IMG/VR virus record: IMGVR_UViG_3300006118_000028
Coordinates: 1-30,619 of that record
Direction: 5' to 3' (one strand)
From: a virus
Lineage: Duplodnaviria; Caudoviricetes
DNA length: 30,619 nt
Below the pieces are notes generated by a model, which was given only the letters and a program-made list of their open reading frames with translations, searched no databases and had not been told where the DNA came from. Positions within the stretch are counted from its first letter, which is position 1. Every line of letters starts with the position of its first letter. A program made the position numbers and the translations under genes. Of this stretch, positions 16,094 to 23,396 are shown piece after piece.

Positions 16094-16181
16094 GAGCGTG
16101 GCGGCGCTCAAAGGTCTGTCCCTAATAGGGGCAGGACACAACCGGCAAATGTCCGGTTGTGTAGTCAATAGGAGAAATACC

Positions 16182-16577
16182 ATGGCTACCGCCAACCGTA
16201 AGGCAAGTGCAACCCGTGAGACCTCGATCAACGAGGTGTTCACGGTTCGAACCCCTCACAAGGAGGGCAACAACCCCTGCATCTGCGTCGTGCGTGACAC
16301 GGCGTCCGATGAGGCGGGTGTCTGGGCCTTCATCACGGAGGCTTGCACTGGTCACACCAAGAAGAGCTTCGCTCAGGGACACGACGCCCGCTACAAGTCG
16401 AACCTGATCGCGGCGAACCGGGCTGGCATGAAGGTGAAGATCACCAATGCCAAGACCGGAGCCACCTTCACGGCTTTGCCGCTGGAGTGGGCTGCGTTGA
16501 GGGAGTGGGAGCGCTTCCTCACCGAAGGTGCGGCCAACAAGAAGGCACTGGCCAAGCTCAACGGTGAGCAGGGCTAG
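16182..16577 (+). CDS. CxC...C...GHDA putative zinc-binding protein, paralog 2
   Basis: Start revised to ATG 16182 (RBS AGGAG); CIC...AC...TKKSFAQGHDAR...WERFL...LAKLNG, clearly similar to 14670-15080. Confidence 0.85.
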   Translation: MATANRKASATRETSINEVFTVRTPHKEGNNPCICVVRDTASDEAGVWAFITEACTGHTKKSFAQGHDARYKSNLIAANRAGMKVKITNAKTGATFTALPLEWAALREWERFLTEGAANKKALAKLNGEQG

Positions 16578-16682
16578 CGCCTAGGGTAACCAACCGAGGG
16601 GTGGGGGCAACCTCACCCCCCGGTCATGCCCAACTGCACGAAAGGAGGCAACAGTGCAGAATCACGTTCATATCCCCACGAT

Positions 16683-17002
16683 GTGGAGGAGACTATTAAA
16701 TTTTGGTTTGGTTTGATTTAATTAAATTAAGCGCTCGGCGGGGGAAACAAAACCAAAAGAAAGGAGATTTAGTTTGATTTATTTAAATAGAATACCATGC
16801 GCCGTTCGATTTGGTGGAGAAGACTATGTTCTCTCAAACTGGTTTGATTTAGCTAAATTGAGCCGACGCCGGGGGACGGTTTGGTTTCACCAATCTGAAT
16901 TTGGTTTTTAAAAATTAAATTAACCGGGCAAGCCGGTTGTGTTCCTGAACCTAAATCAGATCAGACCAAAAGAGACGCGACGGCTTGGTTCGGTTAAATT
17001 AA
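16683..17002. repeat. AT-rich non-coding island with imperfect 131-bp tandem duplication and ATTTAnnTAAAT palindromes
   Basis: GTGGAG(G/A)AGACTAT at 16683 and 16814; GTTTGATTTAnnTAAAT at 16711, 16772 and 16842. Confidence 0.75.
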
Positions 17003-17102
17003 AGCCCCCTTTTCACGCTCAGCAAGCGTAAACCCCGGCTCCGACCCCCTGTTCTGTTTATAACAAGCCAACCCTCCCATGGGGTCTGCTTCAAAACCGG
17101 GC

Positions 17103-17132
17103 TTGACAGCGCGGCAAAGGGTATGATACGAT
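17103..17132 (+). promoter_or_regulatory. Promoter
   Basis: TTGACA-18 bp (GGCAAA)-TACGAT, extended -10 TG. Confidence 0.75.
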
Positions 17133-17181
17133 TTTTGCGGTGGGGCGGTCCCGCCGATGAGCCAAGTTGAAAGGCAGGAGA

Positions 17182-17340
17182 ATGAAGCACGATGAAATCG
17201 AAGCGCAGCGTGCGTTCGACTCGGAAGTTGAGAAGGGAATTGAAGAAGGCGCGGCTGAGCGTCGGCTTCACCAGTCCCGCTCGATTGAAGACGCCGTACG
17301 TCGCCTTCACTCAGTTCTCAACCCGACCCCCGACCTTTAA
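17182..17340 (+). CDS. Small hypothetical protein (52 aa)
   Basis: MKHDEIEAQRAFDSEVEKG...TPDL; first ORF after the promoter, purine-rich RBS. Confidence 0.6.
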   Translation: MKHDEIEAQRAFDSEVEKGIEEGAAERRLHQSRSIEDAVRRLHSVLNPTPDL

Positions 17341-17357
17341 ACCAAGGAGCATAAACC

Positions 17358-17879
17358 ATGTTGACACAAAACGAAGCAAGGTACAGTCAGACATACGAAA
17401 GTTACAAGGCGTCAAACTACGTAAATATCAGCATAGAGAAAGGTTGGACCGTCTTCCGTTACGCCACCGCCGCCGGTCTTTGGCGAATGGCAGTGGAAGC
17501 CGAGGCACGACGAACCCAAGAGTTGGGCGAGGCACTTGTCTTAATGGGTTTCGATGAGTACGGCAAGAATGGCGAAGACAACGAAATTCGCACGCAAGTG
17601 TTCGCCAAGCGAGCGAGCGACTACTTTTGGTACGCTCGAAGCATGGCCAACTTGGCTTGGGATGCGGTGATTGCGAAGACGAATCTCGGTGACGTTCGCT
17701 GGTCAAACTGGCGAGACGTTGCCTCTGCTTTCGACGATGTGATTCGTGCAGGCAAAGCGTTGGAGCGAACCCAAGGGTGGATAGATGAAAAGGAAATAAA
17801 GCGAGCGATCGAAAACCAGAGATACGCAAGACAAATGGCAGATGAGCGTCGCGACCAGAATCAGATTGAAGGGAATTGA
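17358..17879 (+). CDS. Hypothetical alpha-helical protein
   Basis: RBS AAGGAG; 173 aa. Confidence 0.8.
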   Translation: MLTQNEARYSQTYESYKASNYVNISIEKGWTVFRYATAAGLWRMAVEAEARRTQELGEALVLMGFDEYGKNGEDNEIRTQVFAKRASDYFWYARSMANLAWDAVIAKTNLGDVRWSNWRDVASAFDDVIRAGKALERTQGWIDEKEIKRAIENQRYARQMADERRDQNQIEGN

Positions 17880-17880
17880 A

Positions 17881-18123
17881 ATGAGCGAAAGCACCGAACC
17901 CAAGATTTGGAGAGTAACGTTTATGTCTCCAACCGTTGAAGTTGTTGCCAAGACAGAAGAGGAGGCAAGGCAGAAGGCAGTTTGGGAAGCGTCAACTTGG
18001 GGAATTGACCTTATCATCGAAAGTAAAACGATTGAAAATGCAAATGAGGTGACGCTAGAAGAATCAGATGACCCTTGGTGGTGCCAACAGTTGTTGGACC
18101 ACTACGCAGAAGAGGAGAACTGA
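17881..18123 (+). CDS. Hypothetical acidic protein
   Basis: Start revised to ATG 17881; VEVVAKTEEEA motif is common in small phage proteins. Confidence 0.75.
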   Translation: MSESTEPKIWRVTFMSPTVEVVAKTEEEARQKAVWEASTWGIDLIIESKTIENANEVTLEESDDPWWCQQLLDHYAEEEN

Positions 18124-18124
18124 A

Positions 18125-18643
18125 ATGAGTTACGAATACTTCACCAAATCACGCCGGTCAACGTTCGAAGCGTGGGAACAAACGGCAACAGTCACCGTGT
18201 TGGAAAATGAATGGAACCCAGAATACGACCAAATCGCCATTCTTCACAATCAAGCAGCACAAGCACACTTGAAAGCAGCAAGGGAGACAGCCGATTTGTT
18301 TGACACTGATCGCCAGTTTGACAAGGCTTGGCGAAGTGGCGAGTTGTTTGCCCACATTGCGCAAATCGTGCGACACGCAGAGAAAGCGAAAGCAGCAGCC
18401 TTGCTTCAATACTACGAAACGTTGAAAATCAACAAGGGTGAGATTCTGTCAGACAACTGGGTCACGCTTGGCATGACTTACAACGAAGCAAGGGAGGCTG
18501 CGGATTGCGTGATGCAAGCAACACGACTGAGAGTGAGGAACCGACAGGAATCAGAGAACATGAGGCAGACTTGGTTTGAGATTGAAAGGGAAATGTACGC
18601 CAAGTCAGAGCAAGCATACGAGTCAGCAAAGGAAACCGCATGA
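18125..18643 (+). CDS. Hypothetical alpha-helical protein (possible paralog of 17358-17879)
   Basis: Start revised to ATG 18125 with RBS AAGGAG. Confidence 0.8.
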   Translation: MSYEYFTKSRRSTFEAWEQTATVTVLENEWNPEYDQIAILHNQAAQAHLKAARETADLFDTDRQFDKAWRSGELFAHIAQIVRHAEKAKAAALLQYYETLKINKGEILSDNWVTLGMTYNEAREAADCVMQATRLRVRNRQESENMRQTWFEIEREMYAKSEQAYESAKETA

Positions 18644-18873
18644 GTGAACACGAACAAATCGACCGAGACATTCTGAGTTATCTTGCCGAGATGATGGAAC
18701 ATTTCGACGATTGGCTCGCAGACAACCGACTGAAAGTAGATTGGATTTCAAATGACGAAAACGGAACAATTGAAGTCGGGTTCAAATTGGAAACTCAGAT
18801 TCAAACCGAGGTCGGAGTAAGGACAGACGAAAGTCGTTTCGTAACCAAAATCACAGCATGGAGAGTGGACTGA
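18640..18873 (+). CDS. Hypothetical protein
   Basis: ATGA overlap with the upstream gene. Confidence 0.75.
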   Translation: MSEHEQIDRDILSYLAEMMEHFDDWLADNRLKVDWISNDENGTIEVGFKLETQIQTEVGVRTDESRFVTKITAWRVD

Positions 18874-18874
18874 A

Positions 18875-19162
18875 ATGGATGAAATTACAATCACAAGGCA
18901 AAACGCGCTCACAGGAGGAGACATTTGTTCACTTGCAATTCGCAAGCTAAGGCAGGCGTACCTTCAGATGCAGGAAGCAGAAAACGCGTTGAAGTCGATG
19001 CACAAATTAACCGTCTTCACGGATTGGGAAGCGGTAAGCGAGGATTGTTGGTTGATCGGAGACTCGCTTCCCAAAGAAAGAATCGAGAACATGCGAATTC
19101 AACTGATGAACATTCGAGCCAAGTTCCACGCTCACGCAAACACTTTTAAGGAAGAAGATTAA
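18875..19162 (+). CDS. Hypothetical protein
   Basis: Tight operon spacing. Confidence 0.75.
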   Translation: MDEITITRQNALTGGDICSLAIRKLRQAYLQMQEAENALKSMHKLTVFTDWEAVSEDCWLIGDSLPKERIENMRIQLMNIRAKFHAHANTFKEED

Positions 19163-19169
19163 ACACCGC

Positions 19170-19199
19170 TTGACAGACGGACAAATAGTGTGATAGACT
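19170..19199 (+). promoter_or_regulatory. Promoter
   Basis: TTGACA-GACGGACAAATAGTGTGA-TAGACT. Confidence 0.8.
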
Positions 19200-19241
19200 G
19201 GTTTATCGGTGGGGCCACGCCCCTTGTGTAAAGGAGACAAG

Positions 19242-19523
19242 ATGATCACAATCGAAGGAAACGACATCAGGCTGAAAGGCAGCACGCACAAGTTCAATTT
19301 CAACGGCATGGCCGAGTACGTTTACCAAGCCTCGCTCGACCCTTTATGGGGAGGCGAGATGACAGGTGACAGCGACTTCGGCTGGGCTGTGATTAAGGGG
19401 AAGCGAGTGTTGTGGTGCGATCCCAACGGGTCGGTCTGGCTTTCTCGATACGCCACCCCCACTGAAGCCGAATCCTCCTACCAGGAGTTTTACGACCTTT
19501 TCCAAGGAGTAGACGCAGAATGA
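19242..19523 (+). CDS. Hypothetical protein
   Basis: Start revised to ATG 19242 with RBS AAAGGAG. Confidence 0.75.
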   Translation: MITIEGNDIRLKGSTHKFNFNGMAEYVYQASLDPLWGGEMTGDSDFGWAVIKGKRVLWCDPNGSVWLSRYATPTEAESSYQEFYDLFQGVDAE

Positions 19524-19544
19524 AAGTGTACAGACTGACCAGTT

Positions 19545-20082
19545 CAGATGACAGCACGCCTAACAATCAAGGGGGAGCGATGAGCAAGAACACAAACAAA
19601 GGAAAGATCATGACAATCCACGATTTCAAGGACGGCAACGGACCAGTCCCAGCCCACCAGCACTCGAACGGAGGCGGGTGGGTTGCAGACACAGCCACAG
19701 TTGAGGATACCGTTTATGTCGGTCCTGACGCTCGGGTCTACGGCGACGCTTGGGTCCACGGCAACGCTCTGGTCTACGGCAACGCTGAGGTCGGTGGAAC
19801 CGCTGAGGTCTACGGCAACGCTGAGGTCGGTGGCACCGTTCGGGTCCTAAGCGGCTTCGCGTTCGTCATCAAGAAAGACGACTGGCAGATCACCGAGGTA
19901 CCGAATGGCAACGGCACCACCACCCTCTACGCCAATGCTGAGTTTGAGCCAGTGGAGATTGAGACGACCAAGCCCGACCTGCCACTCGTCATTCTCGATA
20001 ATGTCACCTACGAACTGCGACCCTTTATGGGGAGGCGAGATGACAGATGACAGCACGCCTAACAATCAAGGGGGAGCGATGA
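19545..20082 (+). repeat. Exact 39-bp direct repeats (19545-19583 and 20044-20082) flanking the hexapeptide-repeat gene
   Basis: CAGATGACAGCACGCCTAACAATCAAGGGGGAGCGATGA occurs twice. Confidence 0.9.
19580..20050 (+). CDS. Hexapeptide-repeat (left-handed beta-helix-like) protein
   Basis: VYGDAWVHGNALVYGNAEVGGTAEVYGNAEV repeats; alternative starts at 19520 and 19610. Confidence 0.8.
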   Translation: MSKNTNKGKIMTIHDFKDGNGPVPAHQHSNGGGWVADTATVEDTVYVGPDARVYGDAWVHGNALVYGNAEVGGTAEVYGNAEVGGTVRVLSGFAFVIKKDDWQITEVPNGNGTTTLYANAEFEPVEIETTKPDLPLVILDNVTYELRPFMGRRDDR

Positions 20083-20225
20083 ACTGTCGAATCTGTAGCC
20101 ACGCTGCAAAGGACCACACTCCCGACTACTGCATGGTGAACGGTTGCAAGTGTGAGGTTCCCGACACCATCACCATCACCATCACGATCAGCCGAGACGT
20201 CGCTAAAGACCTTGCCGGATCATAG
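20079..20225 (+). CDS. Small Cys/His-rich protein (48 aa)
   Basis: MNCRICSHAAKDH...C...GCKC; RBS GGGGGAG. Confidence 0.6.
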   Translation: MNCRICSHAAKDHTPDYCMVNGCKCEVPDTITITITISRDVAKDLAGS

Positions 20226-20227
20226 GA

Positions 20228-21487
20228 ATGGCACGCGTCTCTGTCTTCACGCCCAGCCACCGCAGAACACATCTTGATGAATGCGCACGTTCGATGCTTG
20301 CCCAAACCTACGAGGACTGGGAGTGGATCGTTGTCCTGAACGGTTCAAACCGTTGGACGCCTTCGGTTAGCGATCCGCGTATCAAGGTCTCAGTTGCCGA
20401 CTCGTCAGTCACTGGCGTCGGCGCTGCGAAGCGGTGGGCCTGCTCACTTGCCTCGGGAGAGTTCCTAGTTGAGTACGACCATGACGACATCCTGGCCTCA
20501 AGGTGTCTTGAGAAGGTCGTCAAGGCCTTTGATAGCCATCCCGACGCGGGATTTGTCTACAGCCACTTTGCACAGATCAATGAGGACGGCAGCCGGAACG
20601 ACGATCGATTTAATTCGGTCATGGGTTGGATCTACGATGAAGTTGAGGTTGATGGGAAGGCCTATCTGCAATGCAGATCGATGGAACCGCTCCCAAGCAA
20701 TGTCAGCTACATCTGGTTCGCACCCAATCATGTTCGAGCGTTCCGTCGCACGGCGTACGAAGCGATCGGCGGCTACAACCCAGAGTTAGACATCTTGGAC
20801 GATCAAGACATCATGTGCAGGCTCTATCAGCACTCGGATTTTCACATGATTGATGAATGCCTCTACCTCCAGAGAATGCACGACAGGAACACCCAGCGCG
20901 ATCCCAAACTGAACGCAAGGATTCAAGCTGAAACGGTCGCACTCTATGATGCCAACATTGAGGCGAATGCGTTGGCTTGGGCTCAACGACGAGGACTGCT
21001 ATGCCTCGATCTCGGAGCCGCTCATCGGAAGCCTGATGGCTATATCGGTGTCGATCAGCACGAGGCTCAGGGAGTCGACATCGTGTGTGACGTGACCAAG
21101 GGAATCGATTTTCCTGACGGAAGCGTCGGGGTGATTCGCGCCGTCGACTTCTTTGAGCACATCCCTGACAAGATCGCTTTATTTAATGAGCTCTACCGGC
21201 TTCTCGAACATGGAGGGATTCTGCTCAGCAATACGCCGAGCACTGATGGCCGAGGCGCTTTCCAGGACCCGACGCACGTCGCCTTCTACAATGAGAATTC
21301 GTTTTGGTACTTCACTGATGCCAACTACTCAGCGTTCGTGCCCGAGATCATGTGCCGCTTTCATTCGTCTCGTCTTGTGACGTTTTTCCCGAACGAGTGG
21401 CACGAACAACGCAATATAAGTTACGTCAACGCCAATCTCGTGGCGATCAAGGACGGACCTAGAATTGCTGGCATCAATTCCATATGA
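20228..21487 (+). CDS. Family 2 glycosyltransferase fused to class I SAM-methyltransferase-like domain
   Basis: RVSVFTPS...QTYEDWEWIVV...YDHDD (DxD)...DDQD; C-terminal LDLGAA...VDIVCD...FFEHI...DPTH. Confidence 0.9.
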   Translation: MARVSVFTPSHRRTHLDECARSMLAQTYEDWEWIVVLNGSNRWTPSVSDPRIKVSVADSSVTGVGAAKRWACSLASGEFLVEYDHDDILASRCLEKVVKAFDSHPDAGFVYSHFAQINEDGSRNDDRFNSVMGWIYDEVEVDGKAYLQCRSMEPLPSNVSYIWFAPNHVRAFRRTAYEAIGGYNPELDILDDQDIMCRLYQHSDFHMIDECLYLQRMHDRNTQRDPKLNARIQAETVALYDANIEANALAWAQRRGLLCLDLGAAHRKPDGYIGVDQHEAQGVDIVCDVTKGIDFPDGSVGVIRAVDFFEHIPDKIALFNELYRLLEHGGILLSNTPSTDGRGAFQDPTHVAFYNENSFWYFTDANYSAFVPEIMCRFHSSRLVTFFPNEWHEQRNISYVNANLVAIKDGPRIAGINSI

Positions 21488-21615
21488 GTTACCGAGAACT
21501 GGACCGACTCGTAAAGGAAGGTCACATCAACGATTTTGATATGAGTGACTGGACGTTGCGAGAAGGCAAAATCATCTACCGAGTTGAAGTGTGGTTCGAC
21601 GATAAGGAGGAATAG
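21484..21615 (+). CDS. Small hypothetical protein (43 aa)
   Basis: ATGA overlap; MSYRELDRLVKEGHINDF...DKEE; fills the gap. Confidence 0.55.
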   Translation: MSYRELDRLVKEGHINDFDMSDWTLREGKIIYRVEVWFDDKEE

Positions 21616-21617
21616 CA

Positions 21618-21815
21618 GTGACTAAAATGGTTCGATGGGAAGCAAAGTGGCAGATTTGGTTAGAAATCGACTTGCCTGAGGATTACAAAGGTAGCCCAAC
21701 CGAAGCGCTGACTCAGATGTTCGACGAAATGTCGACCAAGGACAAGTTGAACATGCTTGAACTGGAAGACATCGCACAAATTGTCGACTGTTGGGAAGAA
21801 GGAGATGACGAATGA
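21618..21815 (+). CDS. Hypothetical acidic protein
   Basis: RBS AAGGAGG. Confidence 0.7.
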   Translation: MTKMVRWEAKWQIWLEIDLPEDYKGSPTEALTQMFDEMSTKDKLNMLELEDIAQIVDCWEEGDDE

Positions 21816-21961
21816 GAAACCCAGACTGGATTCCAGAACCGAACGAGTTCGAAGTTTGCGGACACTGTGAAGACGCCAATTGTTCGGGCGACGACGACAT
21901 TGACGAGTTCACTGAGTCTGACCTTGTTGACACGAACTACGATTACGACACGGGTTGGTAA
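21812..21961 (+). CDS. Very acidic 49-aa protein with CxxC
   Basis: ATGA overlap, RBS AAGGAG; MRNPDWIPEPNEFEVCGHCEDANCSGDDDIDEFTESDLVDTNYDYDTGW. Confidence 0.65.
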   Translation: MRNPDWIPEPNEFEVCGHCEDANCSGDDDIDEFTESDLVDTNYDYDTGW

Positions 21962-21962
21962 C

Positions 21963-22160
21963 ATGAGCAAGACCAAATACAACAAGGGTGATATCGTGAC
22001 TTACGTTATGCACCCTGTGTTTGAGATACATCGTCTCATCGGAGACGTGGGGGAGGTAACACAAATCAGCGAAGATAGCGAGTTTCCTTACGTAGTAAGG
22101 TGGAATGAAGCAGGGTGCAAGTTGCCCATGACAGAAATAGAATTGGAGTTGGTGAGTTAA
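21963..22160 (+). CDS. Small SH3/KOW-like hypothetical protein
   Basis: Start revised to ATG 21963; KGDIV...GEV...YVVRW...ELELV. Confidence 0.65.
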   Translation: MSKTKYNKGDIVTYVMHPVFEIHRLIGDVGEVTQISEDSEFPYVVRWNEAGCKLPMTEIELELVS

Positions 22161-22161
22161 C

Positions 22162-22314
22162 ATGCTCAGTATAACAATCGAAGTGAGTGACAAGCAAGCA
22201 AAAGCGTTGTCCACCTGTTCGTGGGTAGAGAATGACAACATGTACAACCAAATCATGAGTAAACTTGAGTTGGCTGCAGTGGAAGCGCTCATTCCAGAAA
22301 GCGAGAACAACTGA
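22162..22314 (+). CDS. Small hypothetical protein (50 aa)
   Basis: MLSITIEVSDKQAKAL...; TGATG-coupled to the next gene. Confidence 0.55.
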   Translation: MLSITIEVSDKQAKALSTCSWVENDNMYNQIMSKLELAAVEALIPESENN

Positions 22315-22754
22315 TGGGACTTGACCAATACGCATACGCAGTAATGCCACACAAGGACAACACCGACTTTAAAGTAGGTTGGGAAGGAGGAGAGGCTGCC
22401 GAAATTGGCGCAGTGAAAGAACTCGCCTACTGGCGAAAGCACCCAAACCTGCAGGGTTGGATGGAACAGTTGTGGCTGAGAAAGCGAGAAGAAGCAGGCG
22501 ACCCTGCTCAACCCGAAACCGAAGGTTTTTTTGCTGGCACCATCAGTTTCAATTGCTGCCCTATCAGATTGACAATGCAAGATCTGATTGCCCTTAGGGA
22601 CGCAATCAACGAGTTTGACCTTCCTCCCACAAGTGGTTTCTTCTTTGGTGAAGATTCAGATTTGCACTACAAGGAGTTGGATTTGCAGTTTGTAGAGAAT
22701 GCCCTTCAAGCAATCGGGCAAGATATGGAGGTTTATTACGATTCATGGTGGTAA
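22314..22754 (+). CDS. Conserved phage hypothetical protein (MGLDQY...YWRKH...YYDSWW type)
   Basis: Recognisable widespread phage family of unknown function. Confidence 0.8.
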   Translation: MGLDQYAYAVMPHKDNTDFKVGWEGGEAAEIGAVKELAYWRKHPNLQGWMEQLWLRKREEAGDPAQPETEGFFAGTISFNCCPIRLTMQDLIALRDAINEFDLPPTSGFFFGEDSDLHYKELDLQFVENALQAIGQDMEVYYDSWW

Positions 22755-22761
22755 ATCCCGC

Positions 22762-22791
22762 TTGACAGACGGGCAAATCGTATAGTAAGAT
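22762..22791 (+). promoter_or_regulatory. Promoter
   Basis: TTGACA-GACGGGCAAATCGTATAG-TAAGAT. Confidence 0.75.
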
Positions 22792-22852
22792 AGTTCCAGT
22801 GAGAGGCCAGATCGGTCTCGATCAAAAACCAAGAAAGATAAGGTAATCAAAA

Positions 22853-23314
22853 ATGACAAAGTCAACTAACACCAACGCCAACACCGACGCCACCTCCGCC
22901 GAGGTCAAGACCCCCAAGTCGAAGCAGTGGAAGAAGTGCACTTGCTACGTGCTGAGTGGAGATGCGCAGATCGAGGTTGGTTGCGGAGCCGACACCCGAG
23001 CACGTTTCGCTCCTGGCCACGACGCCAAGACGAAGTCCACCCTGCAGACGCTGTTCCGAAAGGGCGAGACGCAAATCGAGGTCCTTCACCCAGACGGTTC
23101 GGTTGAGATCTCGACTGTGGCGGACGAGTTCAAGAAGTTCGGGTGGGAGCACTTCATGACCCTCAAGACCAAGAAGGCGAAGAAGGTCGCGATCAAGGAC
23201 GACGAGATGACGTCCGATGAGCCGACCACCGAAGACTTCGCTCGCACCGAAGACGACAGGGTGAAGATCGTCAACCAGCGCCGACGCACAACCCGAGCCA
23301 AGGCCTCCGCCTAA
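22853..23314 (+). CDS. CxC...C...GHDA putative zinc-binding protein, paralog 3, with basic tail
   Basis: CTC...GCGADTRARFAPGHDAK...WEHF. Confidence 0.85.
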   Translation: MTKSTNTNANTDATSAEVKTPKSKQWKKCTCYVLSGDAQIEVGCGADTRARFAPGHDAKTKSTLQTLFRKGETQIEVLHPDGSVEISTVADEFKKFGWEHFMTLKTKKAKKVAIKDDEMTSDEPTTEDFARTEDDRVKIVNQRRRTTRAKASA

Positions 23315-23330
23315 CACTCACAGCGCGGAA

Positions 23331-23374
23331 ACAGAGAACCCCCGGTCCGTTAATTTGGGCCGGGGGTTTTCTGT
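23331..23374. terminator. Intrinsic terminator between convergent blocks, probably bidirectional
   Basis: ACAGAGAACCCCCGGTCC-loop-GGGCCGGGGGTTTTCTGT. Confidence 0.85.
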
Positions 23375-23396
23375 ATCTCTGGTCTGACGTTTGATT

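Noticed and set aside
14510-16110. CRISPR array, integron attC sites or true tRNA genes
   Set aside because: The elements share structure, not sequence, and are separated by whole genes. There are no RYYYAAC/GTTRRRY ends, no D or anticodon arms, and no cas or integrase gene.
14623-16162. c-di-GMP-I riboswitch suggested by GGCAAA
   Set aside because: No GNRA tetraloop/receptor pair or second conserved stem in the expected arrangement.
15861-16181. N-terminal extension of the 238-aa ORF in the track
   Set aside because: It overlaps another gene and structured spacers; RBS and paralog alignment support ATG 16182.
16654-16716. 20-codon ORF after the strong RBS GAAAGGAGG
   Set aside because: It runs straight into the AT-rich repeat; it may be a gene remnant but cannot be supported as a CDS.
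17140-17200. Hammerhead-like CCGATGAG...GAAA
   Set aside because: The core is not CUGAUGA, and GAAA does not follow the stem II position; the required stems are missing.
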